Source of the DNA: Terriglobia bacterium
GTDB lineage: Bacteria > Acidobacteriota > Terriglobia > JAJPHL01 > JAPKYU01
Assembly (NCBI GenBank): GCA_965223005.1
Contig: CBDCVK010000010.1
Location: forward strand, 736,001-800,000
Reading direction: 5' to 3'
DNA length: 64,000 bases
Of the stretch, positions 1-12,211 are shown piece after piece. The translations under genes and the position numbers were made by a program. Numbering within the stretch: position 1 is the first letter of the stretch; each line of letters opens with the position of its first letter. The notes under the pieces were generated by a model that searched no databases, had not been told where the DNA came from, and worked only from the letters and a program-made list of their open reading frames with translations.

Positions 1-3000
1 GTAGATCTTGGCGCGGCCATAGACGTCGTCGGACTTGGCGGTGAGCAGCTCCTGCAGGATGTGGGCGGCGCCATAGGCCTCCAGAGCCCACACCTCCATT
101 TCGCCGAAGCGCTGCCCGCCAAACTGGGCCTTGCCCCCCAGTGGCTGCTGGGTGATCAGCGAGTAGGGACCGATCGAGCGGGCGTGGATCTTGTCGTCCA
201 CCAGGTGCGAGAGCTTGAACATGTAGATGTAGCCCACCGTCACCGGCTGCTCGAACGGCTCACCGTTCATCCCGTCGTACAGCACGGTCTTGCCGGACAG
301 GGGTAGGTTTGCCTGTTTCAGCATCTTCTTGATCTCGGTCTCGGTGGCGCCGTCGAAGACAGGGGAAGCGAAATGCAACCCCAGCACCTGGCCCGCCCAG
401 CCCAGGTGCGTCTCCAGGATCTGGCCCACGTTCATGCGCGAAGGCACCCCGAGCGGGTTCAGCACAATCTCCACCGGTTTGCCGTCGGGCAGGTGGGGCA
501 TGTCCTCTTCGGGCACGATCCGGGCGATGACGCCCTTGTTGCCGTGCCGGCCGGCCATTTTGTCGCCCACCGAGAGCTTCCGCTTCATGGCGATGTAGAC
601 CTTCACCAGCTTGATCACGCCCGGCGGCAGCTCATCGCCCTTCTTCAGCTTTTCCTCCTTCTCCTTGGTGATCTTCTGCAGCACGTCAATCTGCCGCGAC
701 GTCATCTCTTCAATCTCGTCGACCTCTTCGTTGAGCCGCGGGTCGCGGTCGGCAAACTTCATGCGCTTGAGGTCTCGCGACTTGATGTGGGCAATCAAAT
801 CTGGCGTCAGCACCGTGCCCTTGCTCAGCAGGCGCTTATTGGTGCGCTCATCATGCAGGTCGGCCAGCAGCCTCTTCGCACCCAGCAGGGCCATCAAGCG
901 GTTCCGCCGCTCGTCGGTAAGGATCTTGATCTGGTCAGCCAAGTTCTTTTCCAGGAGCGTGACCTCGGCGGCTTCAATGGCCTTGGCGCGCTCGTCTTTC
1001 TCCTGGCCCTTGCGGGAGAAAATTTTCACATCCACGACAATGCCCTCAATGCCCGGGGGACAGTAGAGCGAGGCGTCGCGCACGTCGCCAGCCTTCTCGC
1101 CGAAGATGGCGCGCAGCAGTTTCTCCTCGGGGGTCAGCTGGGTTTCCCCCTTGGGGGTTACCTTGCCCACGAAGATGTCGCCTGGCCTGATGGTGGCGCC
1201 GGTGCGAATGATCCCGCTCTCGTCCAGGTCGCGCAGAAAGGTCTCCGCGATGTTGGGGATGTCGCGGGTGATATCTTCGGGGCCCAGCTTGGTATCCCGC
1301 GCCTCGATCTCGTACTCCTCGATGTGGATCGAGGTGAAGCTGTCTTCCTTGACCAGCCTCTCGCTGACCACGATCGCGTCTTCGAAGTTGTAGCCGCGCC
1401 AGGGCATGAAGGCCACCAGGATGTTGCGGCCCAGGGCCAGCTCGCCGCGGTGCGTGCAGGGGCCGTCGGCCAGCACCTGTCCCCTGCCGACGCGCTCGCC
1501 CCGGCGCACCACGGGCTTCTGGTTGATGCAGGTGTTCTGGTTGGAGCGCCTGAACTTGGTGAGTCGGTAGACGTCGGCGTGGATGGCGGCCGACATGGTG
1601 CCCGGTTCCCCTTCCCCTTCGGCGCGCACGATGATCCGTTCGCTGTCCACCGTCTCCACGGTCCCGTCGCGCCGGCACAGCACCACTGCGCCGGAATCGC
1701 GGGCGGTGACGTATTCCATCCCCGTACCCACCAGCGGCGCATCGGCCCGCAGCAGTGGCACGGCCTGGCGCTGCATGTTGGAACCCATCAGGGCACGGTT
1801 GGCGTCGTCGTTCTCCAGGAAGGGGACCAGCGAGGCCGCCACCGAAACCAGTTGCTTCGGGCTGATGTCAATGAAGTCGATTTCGTCGCGGCTCTTCAGC
1901 ACGAAATTGCCCGCTTGGCGCGCGTTCACCAGTTCGGGCACGATGCGTCCGTTCTCGTCCAACTCCACGTTGGCCTGGGCGATCACATACTTGTCCTCCT
2001 CCCAGGCGGAGAGGTAGAAGCAGTACGGCTCATACTCGGCCACCCGCTTGTGCCGCGCCTTCGTCTCGCGGTTGCTCTCTTCAAGCCTGCGCTTCTCGAC
2101 GTGCTCAGCCACCTTCAAGCCGGTATCGCCCCCGTTGATGATGGTGACGTAATCCACTGCTCGCCCCTTCTCCACCTTGCGGTAGGGGCTCTCAATAAAA
2201 CCAAACTCGTTGATCTGCGCATAGCAGGACAGCGAGGAGATCAATCCAATGTTGGGGCCTTCCGGGGTTTCGATGGGGCAAATGCGGCCGTAGTGGGTGG
2301 GATGCACGTCCCGCACCTCGAAGCCCGCGCGCTCGCGACTCAAGCCCCCCGGGCCCAGCGCTGACAGGCGCCTCTTGTGGGTGATTTCCGACAGCGGGTT
2401 CGTCTGGTCCATGAACTGAGAGAGCTGGCTGGAGCCAAAGAACTCCCGGATGGCGGCCATCACCGGCTTGGCGTTGACCAGGTCGTGAGGCATCGCGGTG
2501 GAGATCTCCTGGTAGACGGACATCTTTTCCTTGATGGCCCGCTCCATGCGCACCAGCCCGATGCGGAACTGGTTTTCCAGCAGTTCACCCACCGCCCGCA
2601 CGCGTCGGTTGCCCAGATGGTCAATGTCATCCACACTACCGATATTGCGGCGCAGCTTGAGCTGGTAGCGGATGGTGGCGAAGAAGTCCTCCTGCTCCAG
2701 GGTGCGGTTGTCCAGGGAGCTATCTGCACCCAACTTGATGTTCAACTTCAACCGCCCGACCCGCGAAAAGTCATACTTGCGCGGGTCAAAGAACATCCCT
2801 TGGAACAGCGAGGTGGCTGTTTCCAGAGTGGGCGGATCTCCCGGGCGCAGCTTCCGGTAGATCTCGATCAGAGCCTCCTGCGAAGTCTTGATGCTGTCCC
2901 GCCTCAGGGTCTGGCTGATGACCGGACCCACCTCGTCGCGTTCAGGGAACAAGACGCTGAACTCCGAAATCTTGGCATCTTGCAGAATGGAGAGCAAATT

Positions 3001-4146
3001 GGAAGTCAGCTCGCTGTTGGCTTCCGCCAGGACTTCGCCCGACTCCTGGTTCACGACGTCGGCCACCGTGAACGCCCCTTCCAGATCGTGGAGGGAAATC
3101 TCCACCTGCTGCACTCGGCCCTTCTGCAGTTCCTTGAGTACCTGCGGCGTGATTTTCTTGCCAGCGTGCATCAGGACTTCCCCGCTGCGGGGCTGCAGGA
3201 CCTGATGAGAAAGCTTCATACCCAACAGACCTTCCGAAACCTGCCAGTATAGCTTCTTGTCCTCGAGCCGGATCCGCTCCACCTGGTAGAAGCAGCGCAG
3301 GATCTCCTCGTCGTTCTTCAGGCCCAGGGCGCGCAGGAAGATCGTTCCCAGGAACTTACGCTTGCGGTCAATGCGTACGTAGAGCAGGTTCTTGGCGTCG
3401 TATTCAAATTCCACCCATGAGCCCCGGTAAGGAATAATCTTGCCCAGAAAGTAGGTGCGTTGGTTGGCAACATCAAAAAAGACTCCGGGAGAGCGGTGCA
3501 GCTGGTTGACGATGACGCGCTCGGTTCCGGTGATGATGAAGGTCCCGTTTTCGGTCATCAGCGGGACCTCGCCGAAAAACACTTCCTGCTCTTTGATGTC
3601 GCGGATGCTCTTCGCGCCGGTATCAGGGGCCTTTTCATAAATGGTGAGCCGGATGGTGACCTTGAGCGGTGCCGAGTAAGTCATGCCCCGTTCCTGGCAT
3701 TCGGCCACGTCGTATTTCAACTGCAACCCGACCGGATCCCCGCACTTGTTGCAGAAGGCGACCACGTTGGTGTTGAAGGTGCCACAGCGAGAGCACAGCA
3801 CTTCTTGCCCAATGGCAAACGGATTGGTGATGATGGTGGCCGCGCAGTTCTGGCAGGTGGAGCGCAGGTGGTGAAGGCCCTTGAGGTTGCCGCACTTGCA
3901 CTCCCAGTTGCCGATCGAGTATTCCACGAACTCCAGCGACGAGATGCCGCGGAAATCGGTGATGGGAAAGACGGAATTGAACACCGACTGCAACCCGAGG
4001 TCCTCCCGCTCGCTGGGAAGTCGGTCCATCTGCAGGAAGCGGTCGTAGGACTTCTTCTGGACCTCGATCAGGTTCGGGATGGGAACCGTGGTGCCGATCT
4101 TGGAAAACTCAATCCGCTCGTGCGGGCCGTGCAAGCTAGTTTGCAT
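1..4146 (-). CDS. rpoB: DNA-directed RNA polymerase subunit beta (3' end beyond window)
   Basis: Not in ORF track because there is no stop in the window. Manual translation from ATG at 4146: [28 protein letters not shown]; Rif region [51 protein letters not shown]; at window edge [19 protein letters not shown]. Confidence 0.99.
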   Translation of the reverse strand, partial: MQTSLHGPHERIEFSKIGTTVPIPNLIEVQKKSYDRFLQMDRLPSEREDLGLQSVFNSVFPITDFRGISSLEFVEYSIGNWECKCGNLKGLHHLRSTCQNCAATIITNPFAIGQEVLCSRCGTFNTNVVAFCNKCGDPVGLQLKYDVAECQERGMTYSAPLKVTIRLTIYEKAPDTGAKSIRDIKEQEVFFGEVPLMTENGTFIITGTERVIVNQLHRSPGVFFDVANQRTYFLGKIIPYRGSWVEFEYDAKNLLYVRIDRKRKFLGTIFLRALGLKNDEEILRCFYQVERIRLEDKKLYWQVSEGLLGMKLSHQVLQPRSGEVLMHAGKKITPQVLKELQKGRVQQVEISLHDLEGAFTVADVVNQESGEVLAEANSELTSNLLSILQDAKISEFSVLFPERDEVGPVISQTLRRDSIKTSQEALIEIYRKLRPGDPPTLETATSLFQGMFFDPRKYDFSRVGRLKLNIKLGADSSLDNRTLEQEDFFATIRYQLKLRRNIGSVDDIDHLGNRRVRAVGELLENQFRIGLVRMERAIKEKMSVYQEISTAMPHDLVNAKPVMAAIREFFGSSQLSQFMDQTNPLSEITHKRRLSALGPGGLSRERAGFEVRDVHPTHYGRICPIETPEGPNIGLISSLSCYAQINEFGFIESPYRKVEKGRAVDYVTIINGGDTGLKVAEHVEKRRLEESNRETKARHKRVAEYEPYCFYLSAWEEDKYVIAQANVELDENGRIVPELVNARQAGNFVLKSRDEIDFIDISPKQLVSVAASLVPFLENDDANRALMGSNMQRQAVPLLRADAPLVGTGMEYVTARDSGAVVLCRRDGTVETVDSERIIVRAEGEGEPGTMSAAIHADVYRLTKFRRSNQNTCINQKPVVRRGERVGRGQVLADGPCTHRGELALGRNILVAFMPWRGYNFEDAIVVSERLVKEDSFTSIHIEEYEIEARDTKLGPEDITRDIPNIAETFLRDLDESGIIRTGATIRPGDIFVGKVTPKGETQLTPEEKLLRAIFGEKAGDVRDASLYCPPGIEGIVVDVKIFSRKGQEKDERAKAIEAAEVTLLEKNLADQIKILTDERRNRLMALLGAKRLLADLHDERTNKRLLSKGTVLTPDLIAHIKSRDLKRMKFADRDPRLNEEVDEIEEMTSRQIDVLQKITKEKEEKLKKGDELPPGVIKLVKVYIAMKRKLSVGDKMAGRHGNKGVIARIVPEEDMPHLPDGKPVEIVLNPLGVPSRMNVGQILETHLGWAGQVLGLHFASPVFDGATETEIKKMLKQANLPLSGKTVLYDGMNGEPFEQPVTVGYIYMFKLSHLVDDKIHARSIGPYSLITQQPLGGKAQFGGQRFGEMEVWALEAYGAAHILQELLTAKSDDVYGRAKIY

Positions 4147-4391
4147 AGTTCAAATCTCCTCCGCCGCCGAAGCTGGGGCGCCACCACGACCGGAACCGGG
4201 CAAGGGAAGGGAACACTCCTCCCCCGGATATGCTCGTCGCGCAAATGGGAAATACGCCACAGCAAATTGCCAGCCAACTACCAGTCAACTATTAGTCGAA
4301 CCCTGTCGCCTCTGCAGCGCCGGGCACCTCCCAGCGCTGCGGTCACACAGTCGACCGCAACCGTGGACGAAACCTTTTACTTGACCTCAGC

Positions 4392-4793
4392 TTACTTGAC
4401 TTCAACAGTGGCCCCAGCTTCGGTGAACTTCTTCTTCAGGCCCTCAGCCTCTTCTTTCGTAACCTCTTCCTTGATGGGCTTGGGAGCATTGTCCACCAGG
4501 TCCTTGGCTTCCTTCAGACCCAGGCTGGTGACTTCGCGCACCGCTTTAATGACGCCGATCTTGTTGGCTCCCACCGCGGTCAGGATGACGTTGAACTCGG
4601 TCTGCTCTTCGACCGCAGGCGTCGCCGAGGGACCTCCCGGGCCGACCCCGGGTACTACAACCTGAGCGGCGGCGGCCGAGACGCCAAACGTCTCTTCCAA
4701 ATGCTTCACCAACTGCGAGGCCTCCAGCAAGGAAAGGGCTTTGACCTGTTCTACGATGTTGTCAATCTTCTCGTTTTCAATCTTCTCCGGCAT
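4392..4793 (-). CDS. rplL: 50S ribosomal protein L7/L12
   Basis: [42 protein letters not shown]; lies between rplJ and rpoB. Confidence 0.99.
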   Translation of the reverse strand: MPEKIENEKIDNIVEQVKALSLLEASQLVKHLEETFGVSAAAAQVVVPGVGPGGPSATPAVEEQTEFNVILTAVGANKIGVIKAVREVTSLGLKEAKDLVDNAPKPIKEEVTKEEAEGLKKKFTEAGATVEVK

Positions 4794-4856
4794 CTCTTCT
4801 CCTCAAAAGGTGCATGGTCGCAAGTGCGACCAAATCACTGCGTTGGAACTGCCTAG

Positions 4857-5384
4857 TTATTCGGCAAACTTGTTGGCCTCGACAGCCTGATTAACCACCG
4901 ACGCCAGACTGCGGGCGACCGCTGTGACTGCAGACGCCACTCCCCGGGCCGGTGCGTTCAACATGTAGAGCACTCGTAGGATTAGCTCTTCCCTGCCCGG
5001 AAGAGCGGCCAGCTCGGCAATTTCCTGAATCGAGATCGCACGGCCCTCTACCACACCGGCCTTGAAGACGAATGAGGGATTCGCTTTGGCGTAGGCGACC
5101 AGGATTTTGGCCAGCGCCACCGGATCCTTCTCGGTGTATGCCACAGCGGTGGGGCCCACCAGGTTCTTCAGAGCGCTTTCGGCAGAAGTCCCGCGCGCCG
5201 CCAGCTCGGCCACTGTGTTCTTGACCACCCGGTATCTGCCCCCCGCCGTGCGCACCTGCTTGCGCAATTCGTACTCCTGAGCAACGGTGATCTTGGAAAA
5301 CTCAGAGACCAGGACGTTGGGCACGTGTTCCAGATCCGCCCTCAGCCCTTCCACTTCCTTCCGTTTCTGCTCGCGGTTCTTCAT
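4857..5384 (-). CDS. rplJ: 50S ribosomal protein L10
   Basis: LRKQVR..YRVVKNT..GPTAVAY..LAALPGREEL; synteny. Confidence 0.97.
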   Translation of the reverse strand: MKNREQKRKEVEGLRADLEHVPNVLVSEFSKITVAQEYELRKQVRTAGGRYRVVKNTVAELAARGTSAESALKNLVGPTAVAYTEKDPVALAKILVAYAKANPSFVFKAGVVEGRAISIQEIAELAALPGREELILRVLYMLNAPARGVASAVTAVARSLASVVNQAVEANKFAE

Positions 5385-5498
5385 TGTTGAGGCTGCTCGA
5401 TCAACTCCGACTCTTCAGGGCCACTCGCCCCACCTTCATCCACGACCGGTCTTCTGCAAGGCCTCTGGAAACCCACCGGGTTGCGAGACCGCGCAGCG

Positions 5499-6203
5499 CT
5501 AAGGCCCAGCTTCCAGTACCGCTACGTCAAGCGAAATCCCAGGAGTCATCGTCGCCGACAGGGTGACGCTGCGCACGTACTTACCTTTGGCCGCAGCCGG
5601 CTTGGCTTTGATGACGCTGCTAATCAGGGTGCCAGCATTTTCTACCAGTTTGTCTGTCTCGAACGAGATCTTGCCGACCGGCGCGTGGATGACACCGGTT
5701 TTGTCGGTGCGGAATTCCACCTTGCCGGCCTTGATCTCACGAACGGCGCGCGCCACCTCGAAGGTCACCGTGCCGGTCTTCGGGTTGGGCATCAGGCCGC
5801 GGGGTCCGAGCAGCTTGCCCAGCTTGCCGACCGACTTCATCATGTCCGGGGTGGCGACGACCGCCTCAAACCCTAGCCAGCCTTGCTGGATCTTGGTGAC
5901 CACATCATCGCCCCCCACCCAGTCGGCGCCGGCTTCCTCAGCTTCGCGTACTTTCTCGCCGGAGGCGATCGCCAGCACGCGCTTGGACTTTCCCAGCCCG
6001 TGCGGCAATACCACCGTTCCCCGCACCATCTGGTCGGCGTGCTTGGGATCGACTCCCAGCCGCAACGCCACCTCCACGGTTTCGTCGAACTTGGCGTACC
6101 GGATCTTCTTCAGCAACGGAACAGCTTCTTCCAGCTTGTACGTTCGAGCTTCCACCTGCTGGCGGGCCTTCACGTAGTTCTTGCCTTGGCGATGGTTGGG
6201 CAT
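5499..6203 (-). CDS. rplA: 50S ribosomal protein L1
   Basis: [48 protein letters not shown]. Confidence 0.99.
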   Translation of the reverse strand: MPNHRQGKNYVKARQQVEARTYKLEEAVPLLKKIRYAKFDETVEVALRLGVDPKHADQMVRGTVVLPHGLGKSKRVLAIASGEKVREAEEAGADWVGGDDVVTKIQQGWLGFEAVVATPDMMKSVGKLGKLLGPRGLMPNPKTGTVTFEVARAVREIKAGKVEFRTDKTGVIHAPVGKISFETDKLVENAGTLISSVIKAKPAAAKGKYVRSVTLSATMTPGISLDVAVLEAGP

Positions 6204-6223
6204 AAGCGATTCTTTACTCAGCG

Positions 6224-6670
6224 CTACTCGATCTCGATGCCCATGCTGCGCGCGGTCCCTTTGACGCTGCGAATGGCTGCTTCCAACGAAGCCGCGTTCA
6301 GGTCCGGGAGCTTAGCGCGCGCAATCTCCTCTACGTCCTTCTCCGTCACCTGGCCCACCTTGTTCCGGTTGGGTTCGCCGGAGCCCTTGGCGATTCCGGC
6401 TGCGCGCTTCAACAACACCGAGGCCGGCGGCGTTTTGGTCACAAACGTGTACGAGCGGTCCCCGTACACCGTCATGACCACGGGGATGATCAGACCCTCC
6501 ATCTCCTTGGCCGAAGTCTTGGCGTTGAACGCCTTGCAGAAATCCATAATGTTGACCCCGTGCTGGCCCAGGGCCGGCCCCACCGGCGGGGCCGGCGTCG
6601 CTTTGCCGGCCGGAATCAGGACTTTTATTCGCGCCGCAACCCTCTTACCTCTGGGTGTCGCCACTGCCAT
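6224..6670 (-). CDS. rplK: 50S ribosomal protein L11
   Basis: [37 protein letters not shown]. Confidence 0.99.
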   Translation of the reverse strand: MAVATPRGKRVAARIKVLIPAGKATPAPPVGPALGQHGVNIMDFCKAFNAKTSAKEMEGLIIPVVMTVYGDRSYTFVTKTPPASVLLKRAAGIAKGSGEPNRNKVGQVTEKDVEEIARAKLPDLNAASLEAAIRSVKGTARSMGIEIE

Positions 6671-6691
6671 GTCTCACCACCAGTCCCGCTT

Positions 6692-7306
6692 CTATAGTTT
6701 CTCCACGTGCAAGAATTCCAGCTCGACGGGCGTCGCGCGGCCAAAGATGGTGACCAGCACCCGCACCGTGTTGCGGTCCGCGTTGATCTCATCCACCACC
6801 CCGGTGAAGTTGGAAAACGGCCCCTCCGTGATCCTCACCGTTTCGTTCTTCTCAAAGCTAAGTTTCGGCTGCGGCTTCTCAGCCGAGATAGCGGCCCGGT
6901 TCAGAATCTGGTCCACTTCCTCCGGGGACAGCGGAGTCGGCGTCTGGCCCGTGCCGACAAACCCGGTCACCCGGGGGGTCGCCTTCACCAGGTGCCAGAG
7001 GTCGTCGCTCATTTCCATTTCCACCAGCACGTAGCCCGGGTAAAACAAGCGCTGCGTCTGCACCGTTTTTCCCGCGCGGCGCTCGGCCACTGTTTCCATC
7101 GGAATCTCGATCCGCCCGATCTGCTCATCCAACCCGAAGGCCTGCACGCGACTGCGCAGGCTCTCGGCCACCTTGCGCTCAAAGCCCGAGTAGCTGTGGA
7201 TGATGAACCACTGCTTGTTGCCGGTCGGCACAGCCGAGACCGGCTGGCGCGCCTGCTCCTCTTGCGGTTCCTGCGACTGTACCTGCTCTTGCTCTGGCTC
7301 GCCCAC
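6692..7306 (-). CDS. nusG: transcription termination/antitermination factor NusG
   Basis: NGN domain [29 protein letters not shown]; [23 protein letters not shown]; Gln/Glu-rich N-terminal extension. Confidence 0.98.
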   Translation of the reverse strand: MGEPEQEQVQSQEPQEEQARQPVSAVPTGNKQWFIIHSYSGFERKVAESLRSRVQAFGLDEQIGRIEIPMETVAERRAGKTVQTQRLFYPGYVLVEMEMSDDLWHLVKATPRVTGFVGTGQTPTPLSPEEVDQILNRAAISAEKPQPKLSFEKNETVRITEGPFSNFTGVVDEINADRNTVRVLVTIFGRATPVELEFLHVEKL

Positions 7307-7308
7307 GT

Positions 7309-7599
7309 CTACCCTTGGAACCTCTGGAATACCTGCCTAATCAAGCGATCAAAAACAATGTCAGCCAAAAACAGATAAAAGCCGAAGAAAAACACGGTCA
7401 CGATCACCACAATGGTGGTGGCCTGCACCTGCTTGCGCTCCGGCCAGGTGACTCGTTTCAACTCCAGGCGCGTGTCATGGATGAAACTCGAAATCCGACC
7501 AGGCCAGGACTGCACGGTGTCCAAGACGCCCATAATGCCTCCCTCGTGGCGGACTTCCCGGACGACCCCGGTCCCCGTACGCATCTTGGTTTGCTTCAT
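7309..7599 (-). CDS. secE: preprotein translocase subunit SecE
   Basis: ELKRVTWP motif plus one TM helix; between tRNA-Trp and nusG. Confidence 0.96.
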   Translation of the reverse strand: MKQTKMRTGTGVVREVRHEGGIMGVLDTVQSWPGRISSFIHDTRLELKRVTWPERKQVQATTIVVIVTVFFFGFYLFLADIVFDRLIRQVFQRFQG

Positions 7600-7663
7600 C
7601 TGCCTTCCGCGTCAGCGCGCCCGAAACCGACGCTGGTGGATTACATCAAGCCCCCTGCAAAAC

Positions 7664-7738
7664 TGGCAGGGGCGGAGGGATTCGAACCCCCACAACCGGT
7701 TTTGGAGACCGGCGGTCTACCGTTGAACCTACGCCCCT
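7664..7738 (-). tRNA. tRNA-Trp (CCA)
   Basis: AGGGGCGTAGGTTCAACGGTAGACCGCCGGTCTCCAAAACCGGTTGTGGGGGTTCGAATCCCTCCGCCCCTGCCA; cloverleaf, anticodon CCA, encoded CCA end. Confidence 0.97.
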
Positions 7739-7795
7739 GTTTCCATCGCGGATCTATTCGCGCGCTTCCTCGATCTGCAATCCGAAACCCGAAAC

Positions 7796-7948
7796 CTATT
7801 TGACTTCCCTGTGCGCCGTGTGGTGCCGGCACGTGCGACAGAACTTCTTGAACTGCAACCGATCAGGGGTCTTCTTCTTATTCTTGGTTGTCGTGTAGTT
7901 GCGATTCTTGCAATCCATGCACTGCAAGGTGACAATGTCGCGCGGCAT
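7796..7948 (-). CDS. rpmG: 50S ribosomal protein L33 (Zn-binding CxxC/CxxC form)
   Basis: Below ORF-track cutoff; manual translation [50 protein letters not shown]; GGAG upstream. Confidence 0.97.
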   Translation of the reverse strand: MPRDIVTLQCMDCKNRNYTTTKNKKKTPDRLQFKKFCRTCRHHTAHREVK

Positions 7949-7957
7949 GGCAGCTCC

Positions 7958-9145
<1,188 letters not shown>

Positions 9146-9243
9146 CGTCGCCTCGACTCCTCGTTCCTAGGACTTGCCGCCTGGAACAATAAAGTTTCAG
9201 GGGTTAACCCTGCGCCCGAACCGCAGAAAGAACCGCATCAAAA

Positions 9244-9288
9244 AACTTGCACTCCGCGAACTCGCACTCCACGAACTTGCACACCACC
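9244..9288. repeat. 3 x 15-bp imperfect tandem repeat in tRNA-Tyr/tuf spacer
   Basis: aacttgcactccgcg / aactcgcactccacg / aacttgcacaccacc. Confidence 0.75.
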
Positions 9289-9364
9289 AGTAGGTTTGCC
9301 TCGGCACTGCACCGACATCGGTAGCAGCCACAAAGGAATCAGCTTGGCACCTGAGTCAGCAAGC

Positions 9365-9453
9365 TGGTGGACAGGGGAGGATTCGAACCTCCGTAGCCCG
9401 CAAGGGGCGGCAGATTTACAGCCTGCTGCCTTTAACCACTCGGCCACCTGTCC
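9365..9453 (-). tRNA. tRNA-Tyr (GTA)
   Basis: GGACAGGTGGCCGAGTGGTTAAAGGCAGCAGGCTGTAAATCTGC..GGTTCGAATCCTCCCCTGTCCACCA; long variable arm. Confidence 0.97.
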
Positions 9454-9497
9454 GTGTACTAAGATTGCTGTCGTGGTTCGCCCCTCTCGTTAGAACC

Positions 9498-9573
<76 letters not shown>

Positions 9574-9605
9574 CGACCCCACCTTCCGGCACAAACGGGA
9601 ATCGT

Positions 9606-9680
9606 TGGAGCGGGAGACGGGGATCGAACCCGCGACCAACAGCTTGGAAGGCTGTGACTCTACCACTGAGTTACTCCCGC
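9606..9680 (-). tRNA. tRNA-Gly (TCC)
   Basis: GCGGGAGTAACTCAGTGGTAGAGTCACAGCCTTCCAAGCTGTTGGTCGCGGGTTCGATCCCCGTCTCCCGCTCCA. Confidence 0.97.
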
Positions 9681-9792
9681 CCAGCTACCCCTCTTTGCTC
9701 TCTCCGCTCAATGCTCCCACAGCCAATCGACAGCCCTGCCTCCGCCGAGCAACAAGCCTGCTGCGGTCTGCTGGCCTCCACGGCCTGGCGCA

Positions 9793-9868
9793 TGGAGCTG
9801 GCGAAGGGATTCGAACCCCCGACCCTCTGATTACAAATCAGATGCTCTACCAACTGAGCTACGCCAGC
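9793..9868 (-). tRNA. tRNA-Thr (TGT)
   Basis: GCTGGCGTAGCTCAGTTGGTAGAGCATCTGATTTGTAATCAGAGG..GGTTCGAATCCCTTCGCCAGCTCCA. Confidence 0.97.
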
Positions 9869-10062
9869 CCGTGGAAACTCGATACGTTACCAAAACGGCT
9901 TTCCATTGCCGCAGCCACACTTCTGTGGCGCCCGGATTGCTTACCTTTGTGCTGGAAGCCGTAGGCCCCCTTTGGCACGAAACCCTCCCAGGCGGGGTAG
10001 CCTGGTCCATCGGGTTCAGGTAGAATTCTACCGCAAGATTCCGGAAAGAGGGAAGCTTTTTT

Positions 10063-11109
10063 TTGCCGCTGCCCCGCAGAGCGTTGGTGGGCCTGTTGCC
10101 CGCAGCCATTGTCGTAGCCGGTGCCGCAGCCGCGGCCCTGGTCTGGTGGTACATAGAGGCGGGTAGCCAGAAAGCCTTGAGTTCCTTCCGCTATCTTCCA
10201 CCGGGTTCGACAATCGCCATCAACCTGGACCTAGCCGGGCTCCGGAACAACCCGTTGGTCCGCCGGCTGCTTGAGGGCCAAGAGCCGCCACAACTGGAAC
10301 GGGAATACTCGGAATTCGTGCGAGCTACCGGGTTTGACTTCGAGCGTGATCTGGACTCGGTCTCGCTAGGAATTTCCGGCCCAGAGGGGGCGCGCGTAGT
10401 TCATGCCATCCTGCAGGGCCGCTTCAACCGGCAAAAGGTGGAGCACTACAGCCGCAAACGCCGGCAGAGCACCATCGCCCACCTGGGGCACAGCATAAAC
10501 TTGTTCACTGGCCCCTCGGGAAGAACATTTCGCTTGGCCTTCCTGGCTCCGGGACGACTTGCTTTTTCCAATGCCCCCGACCAGTGGCCCATTAGGAAGA
10601 TGGTCGAGCTGGCCGAACGGAAGGCGCCAGACCTGGAAGATCGCCTTCAAGAACTCCGGGTGCTGGACCACCTGCCGGCGGGAACCCAGGTGTGGGTGGC
10701 CGCGGATTTGAAACGGTTCGGGCAGTGGAGGATGCCCGTCGGAGTTGGCTCCCCCGGGACCAGTCTAGGCATCGAGTTGCTTCGTGGCAGCCGGATGGGC
10801 TTGCTGGCTGTGCGCGTTGGAGAGCAACAGGTGAATTTCCATATGGTGGCCGAATGTGATTCCGGCGAGTGCGCACAGGAGGTGGCCAGGTCCCTTTTGG
10901 GTCTGCGGAGCCTGCTGGTGGCGCTCGCTGGACGCGAAGATGAAAGTGGGCGGGGAGCGGAACTAGCAAGCGCCCTTGAGCGCATCTCCATTGCGGTGGA
11001 GAAAAATGCGGCCGTGGTGCGCTGGGACTTGGAGGCGGAATCGCTGGAGCGGCTGCTGCGGGAGTCGGGTTCGCCGCGGCCGGCCTCCCATGCCGTTCCT
11101 GCAAGATAG
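10063..11109 (+). CDS. membrane-anchored hypothetical protein (DUF3352-like)
   Basis: 348-aa ORF, N-terminal TM anchor, YLPPGST..INLDLAGLR..TGFDFERDLDSV pattern; family assignment is by resemblance only. Confidence 0.7.
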   Translation: MPLPRRALVGLLPAAIVVAGAAAAALVWWYIEAGSQKALSSFRYLPPGSTIAINLDLAGLRNNPLVRRLLEGQEPPQLEREYSEFVRATGFDFERDLDSVSLGISGPEGARVVHAILQGRFNRQKVEHYSRKRRQSTIAHLGHSINLFTGPSGRTFRLAFLAPGRLAFSNAPDQWPIRKMVELAERKAPDLEDRLQELRVLDHLPAGTQVWVAADLKRFGQWRMPVGVGSPGTSLGIELLRGSRMGLLAVRVGEQQVNFHMVAECDSGECAQEVARSLLGLRSLLVALAGREDESGRGAELASALERISIAVEKNAAVVRWDLEAESLERLLRESGSPRPASHAVPAR

Positions 11110-11192
11110 ACCTACGGGGAGGTCACCTTCGAAGGAGGATTCCAGGGGAGTTGGCGCTGCTGGTCGAACGGTCAGAAAAGCTGGGACCGAGT

Positions 11193-12041
11193 CTAGTCCC
11201 CAAGGAACCGCGTGGGATTCACCGGAGTATCCTGAATCCGCACTTCGTAATGGAGGTGGGGGCCGGTGGAACGACCGCTACGTCCCACAAAGCCAATGGT
11301 ATCGCCCGCTAGCACCACCTGTCCCGAGGCGACATTGAACCCCGCCAAGTGCGCATACATAGTGCGTACGCCGCGGCCGTGAGCTAGCATGACTGCCCTG
11401 CCGTACCCAGATTCCCAAGAGGTCTTCAGTACGACACCGTCGGCGGCGGCCTGGACCGGCGCCCCATAAGAGGTGGCTATGTCTACCCCGGCGTGGAACG
11501 ACCCTTCTCCATTGAAGGGATCCAACCGATCCCCGAAGCTTCCCGTTAGCCTGCCCTTCAAAGGCCAGTCCAGCGGCAAGCCGGTAGTCACGGTGCGCCC
11601 TTGTAAAAACTCATGTCGGTAGGGGAGTACAAAGTAGGAGGCACGTAACAGGAACTGGTAGTGCTTTGCCGTCGCTCCAAAAGTCTTCTCTGCCTCAGCG
11701 GCACCCGGTAGACTTCCATTGCCCGCTCGCCGGATGCCATAGGCAACCGAGACTTCGCCGGCAAGGTCTTGGAGGGAGGTTAGCTGAACTTGAGTCTGGT
11801 CCATCTTGGCCTGGAGGTTGTTGAATTTCTGTCTAAGCGCCTCCATCTCCATACGCATGTGGTTGTAGCTGACCACCTTCAGCAGCATTCGTGTGTAAGA
11901 GCCGACGGCAGCCAGCACGGTGAACAGGCCGACCAGCGCAAGCAGGCCGCAGAAGTACGCGAAGTAATGTGGGATATGGATGCGCCGGATCCGACCACGA
12001 ATGCTGTGCGCTACTACAAAGATATAATAAGTATTTCGCAA
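11193..12041 (-). CDS. M23 family metallopeptidase (peptidoglycan endopeptidase-like)
   Basis: TM segment, coiled coil, then HAGVD, YAHL, TGPHLHYEV; probable TTG start at 12041 with AGGAG upstream (ORF track extends to 12131). Confidence 0.93.
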   Translation of the reverse strand: MRNTYYIFVVAHSIRGRIRRIHIPHYFAYFCGLLALVGLFTVLAAVGSYTRMLLKVVSYNHMRMEMEALRQKFNNLQAKMDQTQVQLTSLQDLAGEVSVAYGIRRAGNGSLPGAAEAEKTFGATAKHYQFLLRASYFVLPYRHEFLQGRTVTTGLPLDWPLKGRLTGSFGDRLDPFNGEGSFHAGVDIATSYGAPVQAAADGVVLKTSWESGYGRAVMLAHGRGVRTMYAHLAGFNVASGQVVLAGDTIGFVGRSGRSTGPHLHYEVRIQDTPVNPTRFLGD

Positions 12042-12211
12042 ATCAGCGCTCCTGGGGGAAGTCGCGCAGATGCTCCTTAATAGCGCACGTGCTCTCGAAC
12101 CCAGGCCTTCTTCCGCTAAAAGTGGCGCCAATCTAGCAAAGCGCCCAGAAGTGTGTCAACACGGAATTTTCACAACGGGACGTGTGGCCGCCAATTAAGT
12201 TGGCAGTTCAG

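Noticed and set aside
4147-4376. Long rplL-rpoB spacer with hairpins (e.g. GCAGCGC..GCGCTGC) as a possible attenuator or leader RNA
   Set aside because: No recognisable family and no clear U-tract; cannot be supported without comparative data
373-4665. Long plus-strand ORFs (373-2364, 2377-3252, 3460-4665) and similar long antisense ORFs opposite tuf, dnaK, dnaJ, purD, yidC and the ABC permease
   Set aside because: Shadow frames of real high-GC genes on the other strand; no recognisable motifs
5385-5498. Possible L10 leader RNA upstream of rplJ
   Set aside because: Position fits and GAAGAC is present, but I could not confirm the structure by eye; needs an Rfam/Infernal search
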